This document shows, piece after piece, positions 49,270 to 58,549 of a DNA stretch of 58,549 nucleotides. The position numbers were made by a program, and so were the translations under genes. The stretch is taken from NCBI GenBank assembly GCA_030650095.1, contig JAUSEE010000031.1, positions 1 to 58,549 of the forward strand, in the 5' to 3' direction. The stretch comes from Candidatus Buchananbacteria bacterium. Its GTDB lineage: Bacteria > Patescibacteriota > Patescibacteriia > 2-01-FULL-39-33. The notes below the pieces were generated by a model that was given only the letters and a program-made list of their open reading frames with translations, did not search any database and was not told the origin of the DNA. The stretch's first letter is position 1. Every line of letters begins with the position of its first letter.

Positions 49270-49593
49270 TTATATAACTTCTTTACATTTTTTACAAACC
49301 CTGTTGTTTGATGTTTTAGTTTTATCTTCTGAAACAGTCTTTTTTGATCCAACTCTGACAGCTTGACCGCATTTGGGACAAACAAGAGCAATATTGGAAA
49401 TATTAACCGGTGATGGAAATTGGATTCTTTGTCCTTTTTCACCTTGTTTTTTTGGACGTTGGTGCTTGATCATCAAATTAAGGCCTTCAACTACAATTCT
49501 TTTTTCTTTCACGAAAACTTGCAAAACCTTGCCGGTTTTACCCTTGTCTCTGCCTGACAGCATTTTTACTTTATCGCCTGTTTTTATTTTCAT
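49270..49593 (-). CDS. rplX: 50S ribosomal protein L24
   Basis: KOW motif GDKV..LSGRDKGKTG. Confidence 0.96.
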   Translation of the reverse strand: MKIKTGDKVKMLSGRDKGKTGKVLQVFVKEKRIVVEGLNLMIKHQRPKKQGEKGQRIQFPSPVNISNIALVCPKCGQAVRVGSKKTVSEDKTKTSNNRVCKKCKEVI

Positions 49594-49605
49594 AAATTTA
49601 TTCTT

Positions 49606-49977
49606 TTATAATACTTCTGGAGCTAAGCTAATAATTTTTTGATAACCTAAATTCCTTAATTCCCTGGCGACCGGACCAAAAACACGGGTTCCTTTCATAT
49701 CCTTATTTTTAGTGTCAATAATCACAGCGGCATTATCATCAAACCTGATATAAGAACCGTCTGATCTTCTGACTTCTTTTTTGGTGCGAACCAAAACAGC
49801 ATGAACCACATCACCCTTTTTAACCATGCTATGGGGAGTCGCTTCTTTAACAGTGACTGTGACAACATCGCCCAATCTGGCATATCTTTTCCTGTAACCG
49901 CCCAAAACCCTGATGACCTTTAATCTTTTGGCACCGGTGTTGTCAGCTGATTTTAATGTTGATTCTGCTTGAACCAT
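49606..49977 (-). CDS. rplN: 50S ribosomal protein L14
   Basis: ADNTGAK, IRFDDNA, SLAPEVL. Confidence 0.97.
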   Translation of the reverse strand: MVQAESTLKSADNTGAKRLKVIRVLGGYRKRYARLGDVVTVTVKEATPHSMVKKGDVVHAVLVRTKKEVRRSDGSYIRFDDNAAVIIDTKNKDMKGTRVFGPVARELRNLGYQKIISLAPEVL

Positions 49978-50004
49978 ATGTTTTTGATTTAGCTATTTAG
50001 TAGA

Positions 50005-50080
50005 TTAGCTTATTAGCTAATTAGGACTTATTTATAAGATATTTTTATAAACAACCCCTAACAAGCTAAAAAGCTACAAC
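50005..50080. repeat. intergenic palindromic repeat, copy 1 (rpsQ-rplN)
   Basis: TTAGCTTATTAGCTAATTAGGA...CCTAACAAGCTAAAAAGCTACAA. Confidence 0.9.
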
Positions 50081-50084
50081 TTGA

Positions 50085-50336
50085 TTATTTTTTATAAACT
50101 ACTTTCCATCTCTTATCCTTGCTAATAGGCTTGGATTCAACTATTTCTATGACATCGCCAATTTTATATTGATTCTTAGGATCATGAGCCTTGTATTTCT
50201 TGCTTACTCTGTATCTTTTTTGATAAGTCGGATGAAGCTTGAATTGATCAACTCTAATCACGACAGTCTTTTCCATTTTGTCGGAAACTACCTCGCCTTT
50301 GAGTTTTCTTTTGATTGTCTTATTTTCTTTATCCAT
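50085..50336 (-). CDS. rpsQ: 30S ribosomal protein S17
   Basis: GEVVSDKMEKT, KPISKDKRW. Confidence 0.96.
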   Translation of the reverse strand: MDKENKTIKRKLKGEVVSDKMEKTVVIRVDQFKLHPTYQKRYRVSKKYKAHDPKNQYKIGDVIEIVESKPISKDKRWKVVYKK

Positions 50337-50358
50337 ATAAATCAGTTATTGTGATATA

Positions 50359-50553
50359 TTATTTTACTTTTTTATTTTCGCCTAAAGCGGTCATGACCTT
50401 GGCAATATCCTTTTTGATAACTCTGACTTCCCTGATATTCTTCAATTGATTCTGAAAAACTTTGAATTTCAAATCAGCCAACTTTTTCCTTAAATCATCA
50501 AGGAGTTGATTCAACTCAGCTACCGGCTTGTTTCTAATTTCTTTAATATCCAT
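50359..50553 (-). CDS. rpmC: 50S ribosomal protein L29
   Basis: L29 pattern (KKDIAKVMT); synteny. Confidence 0.93.
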   Translation of the reverse strand: MDIKEIRNKPVAELNQLLDDLRKKLADLKFKVFQNQLKNIREVRVIKKDIAKVMTALGENKKVK

Positions 50554-50557
50554 ATAA

Positions 50558-50968
50558 TTAATCCTTGACGATGAATTTAGTTTTAACTGGTAATTTATAG
50601 CCTGCCAATTTCATGGCTTCTTTAGCTTCCGCTTCGCTGATACCGTCCATTTCAAAAATAATGGTGCCTGGTTTCACTATAGCCACATAATATTCCGGAA
50701 CGCCCTTGCCTCCGCCCATGGTGGCCTGAGTGCCTTTTTGAGTTATCGGCCGATGAGGAAAAATCCTAATCCAGATTTTGCCGCCGCGCTTAAGGAACTT
50801 AGTAATCACCCTTCTGGCTGATTCTATTTGTGCAGCGCTCACCCAAGCACCGGTTGTCGCTTTAAGAGCAAAGGCGCCAAAAGCAATAGTGTTGTTTCTG
50901 GCAGCAACACCTTTAACATTGGGACGATGCGGTTTTCTCATTTTTAATTTCTTTGGTGCTAAAGACAT
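50558..50968 (-). CDS. rplP: 50S ribosomal protein L16
   Basis: KIWIRIFP, MGGGKG, KLPVKT. Confidence 0.97.
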   Translation of the reverse strand: MSLAPKKLKMRKPHRPNVKGVAARNNTIAFGAFALKATTGAWVSAAQIESARRVITKFLKRGGKIWIRIFPHRPITQKGTQATMGGGKGVPEYYVAIVKPGTIIFEMDGISEAEAKEAMKLAGYKLPVKTKFIVKD

Positions 50969-50982
50969 ATTTTGTTAGCTAG

Positions 50983-51057
50983 TTAGCTTATTAGCTAATT
51001 AGGATTTATTTATAAGATATTTTTATAAACACGCCCTAACAAGCTAAAAAGCTACAA
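50983..51057. repeat. intergenic palindromic repeat, copy 2 (rpsC-rplP)
   Basis: Near-identical to 50005-50080. Confidence 0.9.
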
Positions 51058-51070
51058 TCTAAATTATTAA

Positions 51071-51781
51071 TTATTTCAATCTCTTAGCCAATTCCGGTTT
51101 TTGGGCAGGCTCTTGATTATTATCATAATTAAACACTTCACCGCGATAAATCCAAACCTTAACTCCGATTTTTCCGTATATGGTCATAGCGGCGTCTCGG
51201 CTGTAATCTATATCAGCGCGTAAAGTGTGTAGCGGAACCTTGCCGGTAGAAAAAGTTTCTCTGCGGGCAATTTCTGCTCCATTCAACCTGCCGGCAACAA
51301 TAACCTTGATGCCTTTGGCACCGGCTTTTTCCGATCGGCCCATGGCTTGCTTGACCGCCCGCCTGAAAGGAATTCTTTTTTCCAAATCGGCAATAACCTG
51401 TTGGACAATAACAGCCGAATCCAAACTGGGGTTTTCAACTTCAATGATATTAATATTAATATTCTTAATGCCCTTTTTGCGAGAAAAAGAATCTTTCATA
51501 AACTTGTTATGAATTTCTTTCTTCAGCTCTTCGGCGCCTTGGCCGCCTCGGCCAATAACAATGCCAGGCTTGGCGCAACGAACATTAATACTAATGCCAT
51601 TATTTGATCTCTCGATATCAACTCGAGAAACTCCAGCGGCTTTGAATTTCTTCAAAATAAATTTTCTTATTTTTATATCATGTTCCAAAAGCTGAGAAAA
51701 ATCACGATCAGAAAACCACTTGGAATCCCAAGTTTTGTTAATATTCAATCTAAAGGCTTTTGGATGAACTTTCTGTCCCAT
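51071..51781 (-). CDS. rpsC: 30S ribosomal protein S3
   Basis: MGQKVHP, GRLNGAEIAR, PLHTLRADID. Confidence 0.97.
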   Translation of the reverse strand: MGQKVHPKAFRLNINKTWDSKWFSDRDFSQLLEHDIKIRKFILKKFKAAGVSRVDIERSNNGISINVRCAKPGIVIGRGGQGAEELKKEIHNKFMKDSFSRKKGIKNININIIEVENPSLDSAVIVQQVIADLEKRIPFRRAVKQAMGRSEKAGAKGIKVIVAGRLNGAEIARRETFSTGKVPLHTLRADIDYSRDAAMTIYGKIGVKVWIYRGEVFNYDNNQEPAQKPELAKRLK

Positions 51782-51801
51782 ATATATTAATTTTTAGCTG
51801 G

Positions 51802-51874
51802 TTAGCTTATTAGCTAATTAGGATTTATTTGTCTTCCTTTACAAACGATCCCTAACAAGCTAAAAAGCTACAAC
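51802..51874. repeat. intergenic palindromic repeat, copy 3 (rplV-rpsC)
   Basis: Same arms as copies 1 and 2, different central loop. Confidence 0.9.
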
Positions 51875-51887
51875 CTGTTATAATTAT

Positions 51888-52406
51888 TTAACTGCCAGTT
51901 CTTCTATTAAAAATTTTATTGCCTGTTTTCTTGCTGGTGCTGCCGCTTCTCTTACTGCCTGTGTCTGATTTTTTATCTTCTTTCTTGTCTTCGTGGCCCA
52001 GACTGCCTAAATCTTCTATTTTAATCAAATCATCTTTAGTATCTTCTTTCTTAACTTTCTTGGAAGTAGTCGGCACCCTTTCTCCTAAAACAACAGTAAT
52101 GTGAGAAGATCTTTTAATCAACGGGGTGGCTCGGCCCATGGCTCGAGGCATCCACCGCTTTAGGGTTGGGCCGCCATCAACTGTAATTTCCTTAACAAAC
52201 AAATTATTTCTTTTTAGATCTTCATTTTCTTCGGCGTTAGCCACGGCTGATTTCAATAATTTTCCCAGAGGTAATGTAGCCAGTTTTTTATTAAACTGAA
52301 GCTGAACCAAAGCGTCTTCCACGTTTAAACCACGGACTAAATTAGCTAGTAATCTAACCTTCTTGGGAGACATTCTTATAAATTTTGCTTTAGCTTTAAC
52401 TTCCAT
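51888..52406 (-). CDS. rplV: 50S ribosomal protein L22 (with C-terminal extension)
   Basis: SPKKVRL, PRAMGRA, SHITV. Confidence 0.96.
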   Translation of the reverse strand: MEVKAKAKFIRMSPKKVRLLANLVRGLNVEDALVQLQFNKKLATLPLGKLLKSAVANAEENEDLKRNNLFVKEITVDGGPTLKRWMPRAMGRATPLIKRSSHITVVLGERVPTTSKKVKKEDTKDDLIKIEDLGSLGHEDKKEDKKSDTGSKRSGSTSKKTGNKIFNRRTGS

Positions 52407-52417
52407 AATGTTTTATC

Positions 52418-52711
52418 TTATTTAGCTGGTTTGGCTGATTCGATTGATTTTTGAATCTTACCGCCATGTCTGACAAATTTTTTGGTAAGTGAAAATTCGC
52501 CCAACTTATGTCCAACCATGTTTTCAACTATCAATACCGGAATATGATCCTTGCCGTTATGAACGCCAAAAGTAAACCCGACCATTTCTGGGGTGATAGT
52601 GCTTTCCCTGGCCCAAGTTTTAATAATGACTTTTTCTCCTTTTTGGATTTTAGCCATTTTTTTCAATAATTTTTGGTCGACGTAAGGACTTTTTTTAGAA
52701 CTTCTGGACAT
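52418..52711 (-). CDS. rpsS: 30S ribosomal protein S19
   Basis: MVGHKLGEF. Confidence 0.97.
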   Translation of the reverse strand: MSRSSKKSPYVDQKLLKKMAKIQKGEKVIIKTWARESTITPEMVGFTFGVHNGKDHIPVLIVENMVGHKLGEFSLTKKFVRHGGKIQKSIESAKPAK

Positions 52712-52799
52712 ATTTTATTAAGAGTTATGACAGGCAGTGAACGGTCGGCGGAACTTTTTAATTTTCTACCTACTGTTCACTACCCGTTTAACTTATTTA

Positions 52800-53648
52800 T
52801 TATTTATTTCTTTTTTTAGCGTTTCTTCTGGAAATGATCATAGCATCTGATTTCTTGCCGCGCTTTCTGGTCTTAACTCCCAGTGCCGGTTTGCCCCAGG
52901 GAGTTTTCGGATTCTTCAAACCGATAGGGTTGCTGCCTTCACCGCCGCCATGAGGATGATCTACTGGGTTCATGGCTTTGCCTCTGACTGTCGGCCTAAT
53001 GCCTCGGTGGCGCATACGGCCAGCTTTGCCCCAACGGATATTTTTGTAATCAGCATTGCTAACCGAGCCGATGGTTGCCAGGCATTTGTCGGAAACGAAT
53101 CTAACCTCGCCGGAAGGCAGCTTGAGCTGGGCGTTGCCGCCATCAATGCCCATTAAATAAATGGAATTACCGGCGCTTCTGGCCAACTGGCCGCCTTTGC
53201 CCGGAGTTATTTCCACATTATATACAAACATGCCGGCCGGAACAAACTCCAGAGGCATAGTATTGCCAACTTTCAGCTCAATCAATTTTTGAGAACTCAA
53301 CAGTTTTTCTCCAACTTTTAAATCAGCCGAAGCAATGATATATCTTTTTTCTCCATCGGCATAATTAAGCAAAGCAATGCGGCAATTCCTGTTTGGATCA
53401 TATTCAATGGTGGCCACTGTGGCCGGAATATCAAATTTATCCATTTTATAATCAATGATTCTGACTTTCTTTTTGTTGCCGCCGCCTTGATGTCGAACCG
53501 TGATTTTACCTTGGTTGTTACGACCAGCCATGTTTTTACCGGAAACAATCAGCTGTTTGTGAGGCTTGCTAGTGGTAATATCATAACTAGTCAGCACGGA
53601 AGTGTGACGCCTAGAGGGAGAAGTTGGTTTGTAGATTTTTACTGCCAT
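52800..53648 (-). CDS. rplB: 50S ribosomal protein L2
   Basis: [20 protein letters not shown]. Confidence 0.98.
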   Translation of the reverse strand: MAVKIYKPTSPSRRHTSVLTSYDITTSKPHKQLIVSGKNMAGRNNQGKITVRHQGGGNKKKVRIIDYKMDKFDIPATVATIEYDPNRNCRIALLNYADGEKRYIIASADLKVGEKLLSSQKLIELKVGNTMPLEFVPAGMFVYNVEITPGKGGQLARSAGNSIYLMGIDGGNAQLKLPSGEVRFVSDKCLATIGSVSNADYKNIRWGKAGRMRHRGIRPTVRGKAMNPVDHPHGGGEGSNPIGLKNPKTPWGKPALGVKTRKRGKKSDAMIISRRNAKKRNK

Positions 53649-53657
53649 ATTTTTTAC

Positions 53658-54116
53658 TTATACGCCTTCATGAATCTTAATATTTTTTCCTTCAGGCAAG
53701 GTAACGATAGCTTTCTTCCAATCTTTGGTTTTACCGGTGTTTCGGCCATGCCTGACTATCTTGCCTAAATTATTCAACACATTAACCTTAACCGGCTTAA
53801 CGCCGTACTTGGCTTCAATGGCTTGAGCTACTTGAATCTTGTTAGCCTGATTTGATACTTCAAAAACATATTTATTGCTTTGTCCCAAGTTAGTCGCTTT
53901 TTCAGTGATAAGCGGTCTGATCAAAATGCCATGAAGCTTTGAAGCTCTTAGGGCAGTAATTGGGGTAGAAACAGATTTTTCTTTCTTTTCTTTTTTAATT
54001 ACAGCTTTAGCCTCCGAAGAATCAACTTCATTTTTAGCAACATCAACTCGAGCGGTTTCTTTTTCAGAAATTGCTTCATCTTCTTTTGATTTTTTAAACT
54101 TATCAAAAATGCTCAT
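53658..54116 (-). CDS. rplW: 50S ribosomal protein L23 (with N-terminal extension)
   Basis: RPLITEK, WKKAIVTL. Confidence 0.95.
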   Translation of the reverse strand: MSIFDKFKKSKEDEAISEKETARVDVAKNEVDSSEAKAVIKKEKKEKSVSTPITALRASKLHGILIRPLITEKATNLGQSNKYVFEVSNQANKIQVAQAIEAKYGVKPVKVNVLNNLGKIVRHGRNTGKTKDWKKAIVTLPEGKNIKIHEGV

Positions 54117-54135
54117 AGCTTTCTATCTAAATATA

Positions 54136-54819
54136 TTATTTTTTATCTTTAATCTGGCTTCTTTTAACGCTCACCTGCTTGTAATGCTTATCAATCTTAT
54201 CAACGGCTTTCTCGGAAGCAAACATCGTATCGTGATTTAAGATATCAACGCAATTCAAACTGTCGGCTAAAATAACATCAACTTTATCTAAATTTTTTAC
54301 TGCTCTGATTAAGTTATCATCGTTCTTATCCAGTACCAATAAAAATTTCTTGCCGTTTTTAATATCAGTTATCTTTGATTTAAGGCTCTCAAGCCAATCC
54401 TTTAAATCTTTGGTCTTGCCACTGGCCAGTTCTATTTTTTCAAAGACTAAAAATGAACGGTCTATAACCTTATCAGACAAACACATGGCCATGGCCAATT
54501 GCTTTTGCTTTTTATTGATGCCTTTGGTGAAATTCCTGTCGCTGGTCGGGCCGAAAGTAACGCCACCGCCCACCCAAATAGGAGAACGGCTGGAACCATG
54601 CCTGGCTCGGCCGGTGCCTTTTTGCGCCCAAGGCTTTTTACCGCCGCCTCTGACTTCGCTTTTATCCTTGGTATCGGCTAAAACTCGTCTGGCATTGGCT
54701 TGTTGGGCTACCACCACTTGGTGGATAACTTCTGTTTTCGGCTTCACGCCAAAAAGACGCTGGCTGATTTCGATATCCTTGGTTTTATCACCATTTGAAT
54801 TGTAAACTGATATCTTCAT
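54136..54819 (-). CDS. rplD: 50S ribosomal protein L4
   Basis: GGGKKPWAQKGTGRARHGS. Confidence 0.97.
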   Translation of the reverse strand: MKISVYNSNGDKTKDIEISQRLFGVKPKTEVIHQVVVAQQANARRVLADTKDKSEVRGGGKKPWAQKGTGRARHGSSRSPIWVGGGVTFGPTSDRNFTKGINKKQKQLAMAMCLSDKVIDRSFLVFEKIELASGKTKDLKDWLESLKSKITDIKNGKKFLLVLDKNDDNLIRAVKNLDKVDVILADSLNCVDILNHDTMFASEKAVDKIDKHYKQVSVKRSQIKDKK

Positions 54820-54824
54820 ATTAT

Positions 54825-54904
54825 TAGTAATCAGTAAATCGTAATCCGTAATCCGTAATTTTCCATAAAATTACGAGTTACGAGTTACGAGTTACAAATT
54901 GTAA
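54825..54904. repeat. inverted arrays of 7-bp micro-repeats (rplC-rplD spacer)
   Basis: (CGTAATC)n left arm facing (TTACGAG)n right arm. Confidence 0.85.
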
Positions 54905-54907
54905 AGA

Positions 54908-55645
54908 TTATTTATTTTCTTCCTTAATCTCTGGTATCACGTCTTCTGCTATTTTTTCACTGGTAACTTCTGGTTCGACTTTAATTTCCGGTTCAACTTT
55001 TACTTCTGGCTTAACTTCTTTTAAAATCATTTCTCCTGGAGCGCTAATGATAAGCAAGCCGTTTCTGGCGCCTGGCACAGCTCCTTTGATGTACAATATG
55101 TTTTTTTCTTGATCAATATCGACTATAGTCAAGCCGGAAATGCTGATTTGGTCGTTGCCCATTCGGCCGGCCATTCTCATGCCCTTAAAAACCCTGGCTG
55201 GATCGGTAGCTCCGATAGAACCTGATTTTCTTAACTGATCTTTATGTCCATGAGAAGCCGGGCTGCCATGGAATCTATGCCTTTTAACCACGCCCTGATA
55301 ACCTCGTCCCTTGGATGTGCCGGTAACTTTAACCTCATCATCTTTGGCAAAAACACCCACCGTAATCTGATCGCCTCTTTTTATCTGGGCAACTTCCTTG
55401 GAATCCACTCGGAATTCCTTCATGGTTTTAACAGAAGCCAAATCCTTAAGATGTCCGGCTTGTGGTTTTTTAATATGCTTACCTACGCCAAAGCCAACTT
55501 GGACAGCGCTGTATTTATCTTTATCTTCAGTTTTTATTTGAGTCACAACATTGGGCTGGGCTAAAACGGCAGTCACAGGAACAACTCTTCCATTTTCTTG
55601 GAAGATTTGAGTCATTTCTAATTTTTTACCTAATATGAATTTCAT
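54908..55645 (-). CDS. rplC: 50S ribosomal protein L3
   Basis: KGRGYQGVVKR, RVFKGMRMAGRMG, KGAVPG. Confidence 0.97.
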   Translation of the reverse strand: MKFILGKKLEMTQIFQENGRVVPVTAVLAQPNVVTQIKTEDKDKYSAVQVGFGVGKHIKKPQAGHLKDLASVKTMKEFRVDSKEVAQIKRGDQITVGVFAKDDEVKVTGTSKGRGYQGVVKRHRFHGSPASHGHKDQLRKSGSIGATDPARVFKGMRMAGRMGNDQISISGLTIVDIDQEKNILYIKGAVPGARNGLLIISAPGEMILKEVKPEVKVEPEIKVEPEVTSEKIAEDVIPEIKEENK

Positions 55646-55822
55646 TATCTTGTGATACTTTTCTATTTAAAATAAAAAACCTGGCTATATCCTAATATAC
55701 CAGATTACAACAGAGCCCGGGCTTTTAAAAAGCCTTACTCAATTAATCTAATTTTACTAAGATATTTTTATCCTTATCAATCAAAATTACATCGATGGAG
55801 GTTTTCCCCTTTTTGCTTCTAT

Positions 55823-55986
55823 TGAGACCATGGGAGAATATCATTCAGACTGAAATCTCCATATTCCGGTTAAATTTTTTAAAAATTTTCTTAGCTTACT
55901 ATCCAGTAGGCTGCAAAAATTATTTAATAAATTTGCCTCGGAATCTGAAAATTTCATCTCAGAAGCATATTCTCCTATGGTCTCAT
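55823..55986. repeat. long imperfect inverted repeat (~80-bp arms)
   Basis: TGAGACCATGGGAGAATAT...ATATTCTCCTATGGTCTCA, with pairing continuing to a short central loop. Confidence 0.85.
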
Positions 55987-56025
55987 TGCCCGGGATCTTT
56001 TTCCATTTATGAAAATGATTGCATT

Positions 56026-56160
56026 TAAGAACCGAAGATAGAAGGAGAGAGAACGCTCAACTGTTCACACGCTTCGCCGTAGCGTATAGTGCAATTCGTT
56101 CAGCTGAGCCCAGGCGAGCTCTCTCTCCAAAAATAGAAAATGTTCTATCTTCGGCTCTTA
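56026..56160. repeat. MITE-like nested hairpin element
   Basis: Terminal IR TAAGAACCGAAGATAGAA/TTCTATCTTCGGCTCTTA; inner stems GGAGAGAG/CTCTCTCC and GCTCA/TGAGC. Confidence 0.65.
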
Positions 56161-56168
56161 ATTTTAAT

Positions 56169-56513
56169 TTACATTTTAATCTCAATGTTCACACCCGCCG
56201 GAAGATTCAAATTCATCAAAGCATCAACTGTCTTGGCATCCGGATCAATGATATCCAATAATCTTTTATGGATCCTCATTTCAAACTGCTCGCGGCTGTC
56301 TTTGTGTACAAAAGTCGACCGATTGACTGTGTATTTCTTTTTTTCGGTCGGCAGTGGTACTGGACCAGCCACCTTGATGCCGTTTCTCTCACAAGTCTCA
56401 ATGATCTTTTTGGCAGAATTATCAATAACCTTATGATCATAAGCCTTGATCTTTATTCTGATCCTCTGATGAGTCTTATCTTTCTCTTTGGTTGCAATAT
56501 TTGTACTTGCCAT
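56169..56513 (-). CDS. rpsJ: 30S ribosomal protein S10
   Basis: [29 protein letters not shown]. Confidence 0.97.
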   Translation of the reverse strand: MASTNIATKEKDKTHQRIRIKIKAYDHKVIDNSAKKIIETCERNGIKVAGPVPLPTEKKKYTVNRSTFVHKDSREQFEMRIHKRLLDIIDPDAKTVDALMNLNLPAGVNIEIKM

Positions 56514-56594
56514 GTTTTTTATTTCAATCTATTTTCGGGATGCCGAGAGGCAAGCTCTTTCAAGCCTGCCTTTCAACCCCTGACTTAAATAGTT

Positions 56595-57782
56595 TTATTT
56601 TATAATCTTGGTTACTGAACCGGCGCCAACGGTATGGCCGCCTTCACGAATAGCGAATTTCATTTTGTCTTCCATGGCCACATCTTTACCCAACTTGATC
56701 TTCAAATTAATGGTATCGCCCGGCATAACCATTTCGGTGCCCTCTGGCAAATCAATTTCACCTGTTACATCAGTAGTTCTAATGTAGAACTGCGGTTTAT
56801 AGCCTTTGAAAAATGGTTTGTGTCGGCCGCCTTCTTCTTTGCTTAAAACATAAACTTCGGCTTCAAATTCGCTGTGAGGAGTAATAGTACCCGGTTTAGC
56901 CAAAACTTGGCCTCTTTCAACATCATCTTTCTTAACACCTCTTAGCAAAATACCAGCATTATCACCGGCCCTACCTTCGTCCAAATTCTTGTTAAACATT
57001 TCAATGCCGGTTACAACTGTCTTTTGGGTTGGAGCCAAACCGACGATTTCAACTTCTTCGTTCAATTTAACGATGCCTCTGTCGATTCTGCCGGTCACAA
57101 CAGTGCCGCGGCCTTCAATAGAGAAAATATCTTCGATAGGCATCAAAAATGGCTTATCAACAGCTCTTTCTGGAACTGGGATATAGCTGTCTAAAGCTTC
57201 CATTAATTTCATAACCGGTTCAGCATCAGCGCCATTTGGATCCTGCAAAGCTTTCAAAGCTGAGCCTCTGATAACTGGGGCATTATCGCCGTCAAATTCA
57301 TATTTCTTTAATAGATCCCTGATTTCTTCTTCTACCAAATCAACCAGTGAAGGATCATCAACTTGATCTACTTTGTTAATGAAAACTACAATGTAAGGCA
57401 CGCCCACCTGTCTTGAGAGCAAGATGTGCTCTTTGGTTTGAGGCATGGGGCCATCGGTAGCAGAAACAACCAAGATAGCTCCGTCCATTTGAGCGGCGCC
57501 GGTAATCATGTTTTTGATATAATCAGCGTGGCCAGGACAGTCAACGTGGGCATAGTGCCTGTTGGCAGTTTCATACTCAACGTGAGCAGTAGCGATGGTA
57601 ATTCCTCGCTCTTTTTCTTCTGGAGCTGCGTCAATCTGATCAATAGATTTATTTTGTGAAGAAAAACCTTTAGCTCTAAGCACCTGCAAAATAGCAGCAG
57701 TTAGAGTGGTTTTACCGTGGTCAACGTGACCAATAGTGCCTACATTTACATGAGGCTTGCTTCTGTCGAAATTTTCAGCCAT
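56595..57782 (-). CDS. tuf: elongation factor Tu
   Basis: [21 protein letters not shown]. Confidence 0.99.
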   Translation of the reverse strand: MAENFDRSKPHVNVGTIGHVDHGKTTLTAAILQVLRAKGFSSQNKSIDQIDAAPEEKERGITIATAHVEYETANRHYAHVDCPGHADYIKNMITGAAQMDGAILVVSATDGPMPQTKEHILLSRQVGVPYIVVFINKVDQVDDPSLVDLVEEEIRDLLKKYEFDGDNAPVIRGSALKALQDPNGADAEPVMKLMEALDSYIPVPERAVDKPFLMPIEDIFSIEGRGTVVTGRIDRGIVKLNEEVEIVGLAPTQKTVVTGIEMFNKNLDEGRAGDNAGILLRGVKKDDVERGQVLAKPGTITPHSEFEAEVYVLSKEEGGRHKPFFKGYKPQFYIRTTDVTGEIDLPEGTEMVMPGDTINLKIKLGKDVAMEDKMKFAIREGGHTVGAGSVTKIIK

Positions 57783-57963
57783 TTTGGTTAATTCCTTCTC
57801 GAGACCCTCACCTTTGAGTAAGGGAGTTTTACCCAGGCCTCGATAACTTATTTATTTTATTAAATTAAAATCGTTAAAAAACGAAACTTTTTGCTTAGAT
57901 GCAAAAATGCTTAATTATTATAACAAAAATTATAATTTTTGCAAGAGCTGTAATTATCTACAG

Positions 57964-58359
57964 TTATTCCACTGGTTCAAAATAGTATCTGTCTTCGTCT
58001 TCTTCGTCAGAATTGTCTAAATTTAGCGAAAAATCTCCATTAAGAGCAGAAACTGGTATATCGTTAAAATTAGGATCAATCATGAACTCATCATTTTTGT
58101 CTAATTCTTGCGAAAAATCATGTTGTTCAATGGGCAAATGATCATTTTCCTGAGAATCTTTCCAAATTTCAATATCACGATTTATTTTATCTAATAATTC
58201 ATCTTCTGTCAAGCCTTTTATTTCCGACCTGCCTAAGACCAGTTTTTCGTAATCACTGATGGTCATAATGACGCAGTCTAAGTTGTCGTTTTTGTCTAAA
58301 ATTACAACTTTATCCCCTGTTTTCTTAATTAAGTTGATGACTCTTTGGATGGATTCCAT
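57964..58359 (-). CDS. hypothetical protein with acidic tail
   Basis: 131-aa ORF; LIKKTGDKVVI N-terminus, ends YYFEPVE. Confidence 0.8.
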   Translation of the reverse strand: MESIQRVINLIKKTGDKVVILDKNDNLDCVIMTISDYEKLVLGRSEIKGLTEDELLDKINRDIEIWKDSQENDHLPIEQHDFSQELDKNDEFMIDPNFNDIPVSALNGDFSLNLDNSDEEDEDRYYFEPVE

Positions 58360-58440
58360 ATTTTTGGGAGATTTTTAATTTATGGCTTAATATGGGTTAA
58401 TTCTAATGGAAAAAGGATAATTTATCAAGTTTTAGATACC

Positions 58441-58549
58441 TCTTGTTACTTTTGTACCGCCAAAAGTAACCAAAAGCTCGCGAACGTAAAAAATCATATC
58501 ATTTGGCCTCCCGATATATCGGGAAGCACAATATTTTTTAATGTTCGCC
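58441..58549. repeat. palindromic interspersed element (partial, at window edge)
   Basis: GTTACTTTTG/CAAAAGTAAC stem and a TCCCGAT-AT-ATCGGGA hairpin. Confidence 0.5.

Noticed and set aside
50005-51874. CRISPR array suggested by three recurring repeats
   Set aside because: Copies are ~75 bp, separated by whole ribosomal genes, with no spacers or cas genes.
55795-56436. Plus-strand ORFs in and near the rpsJ-rplC spacer
   Set aside because: They run through hairpin sequence or antisense to rpsJ and have no recognisable protein features.
40492-57659. Many short plus-strand ORFs opposite aspS, secY, ribosomal genes and tuf
   Set aside because: Antisense shadows of conserved minus-strand genes.

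Overview
AT-rich bacterial chromosomal window, most consistent with Patescibacteria/CPR (Parcubacteria-like): the S10-spc ribosomal cluster has no rpmD (L30) and most core genes lack Shine-Dalgarno sequences. Layout: (i) 1-8.6 kb housekeeping genes (glycosyltransferase-like, HU, PP2C, Bcp, cupin, lysS, tRNA-Trp, rpmG, tRNA-Thr(UGU)). (ii) 8.7-12.1 kb a ~3-kb large-serine-recombinase element at a copy of the tRNA-Tyr 3' end, with an internal inverted attP-like site and an adjacent 211-bp non-coding mini-element. (iii) 12.7-32.6 kb a ~19.9-kb integrative element with two tyrosine recombinases. It appears to have split an intronless tRNA-Thr(GGU) at its anticodon loop, and it carries a complete tRNA-Thr(GGU) with identical exons and a 198-nt group I intron inside the 7-bp crossover core. 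Its cargo includes an SF1 helicase-nuclease that is apparently joined to a Zn-ribbon/WYL module by a -1 frameshift signal. (iv) 32.7-58.5 kb core genes (tpiA, scpAB, aspS with a T-box-like leader, recO, map, adk, secY, S10-spc cluster, tuf) with palindromic micro-repeat elements in the spacers. All calls come from reading the sequence by eye; no searches or folding programs were run.
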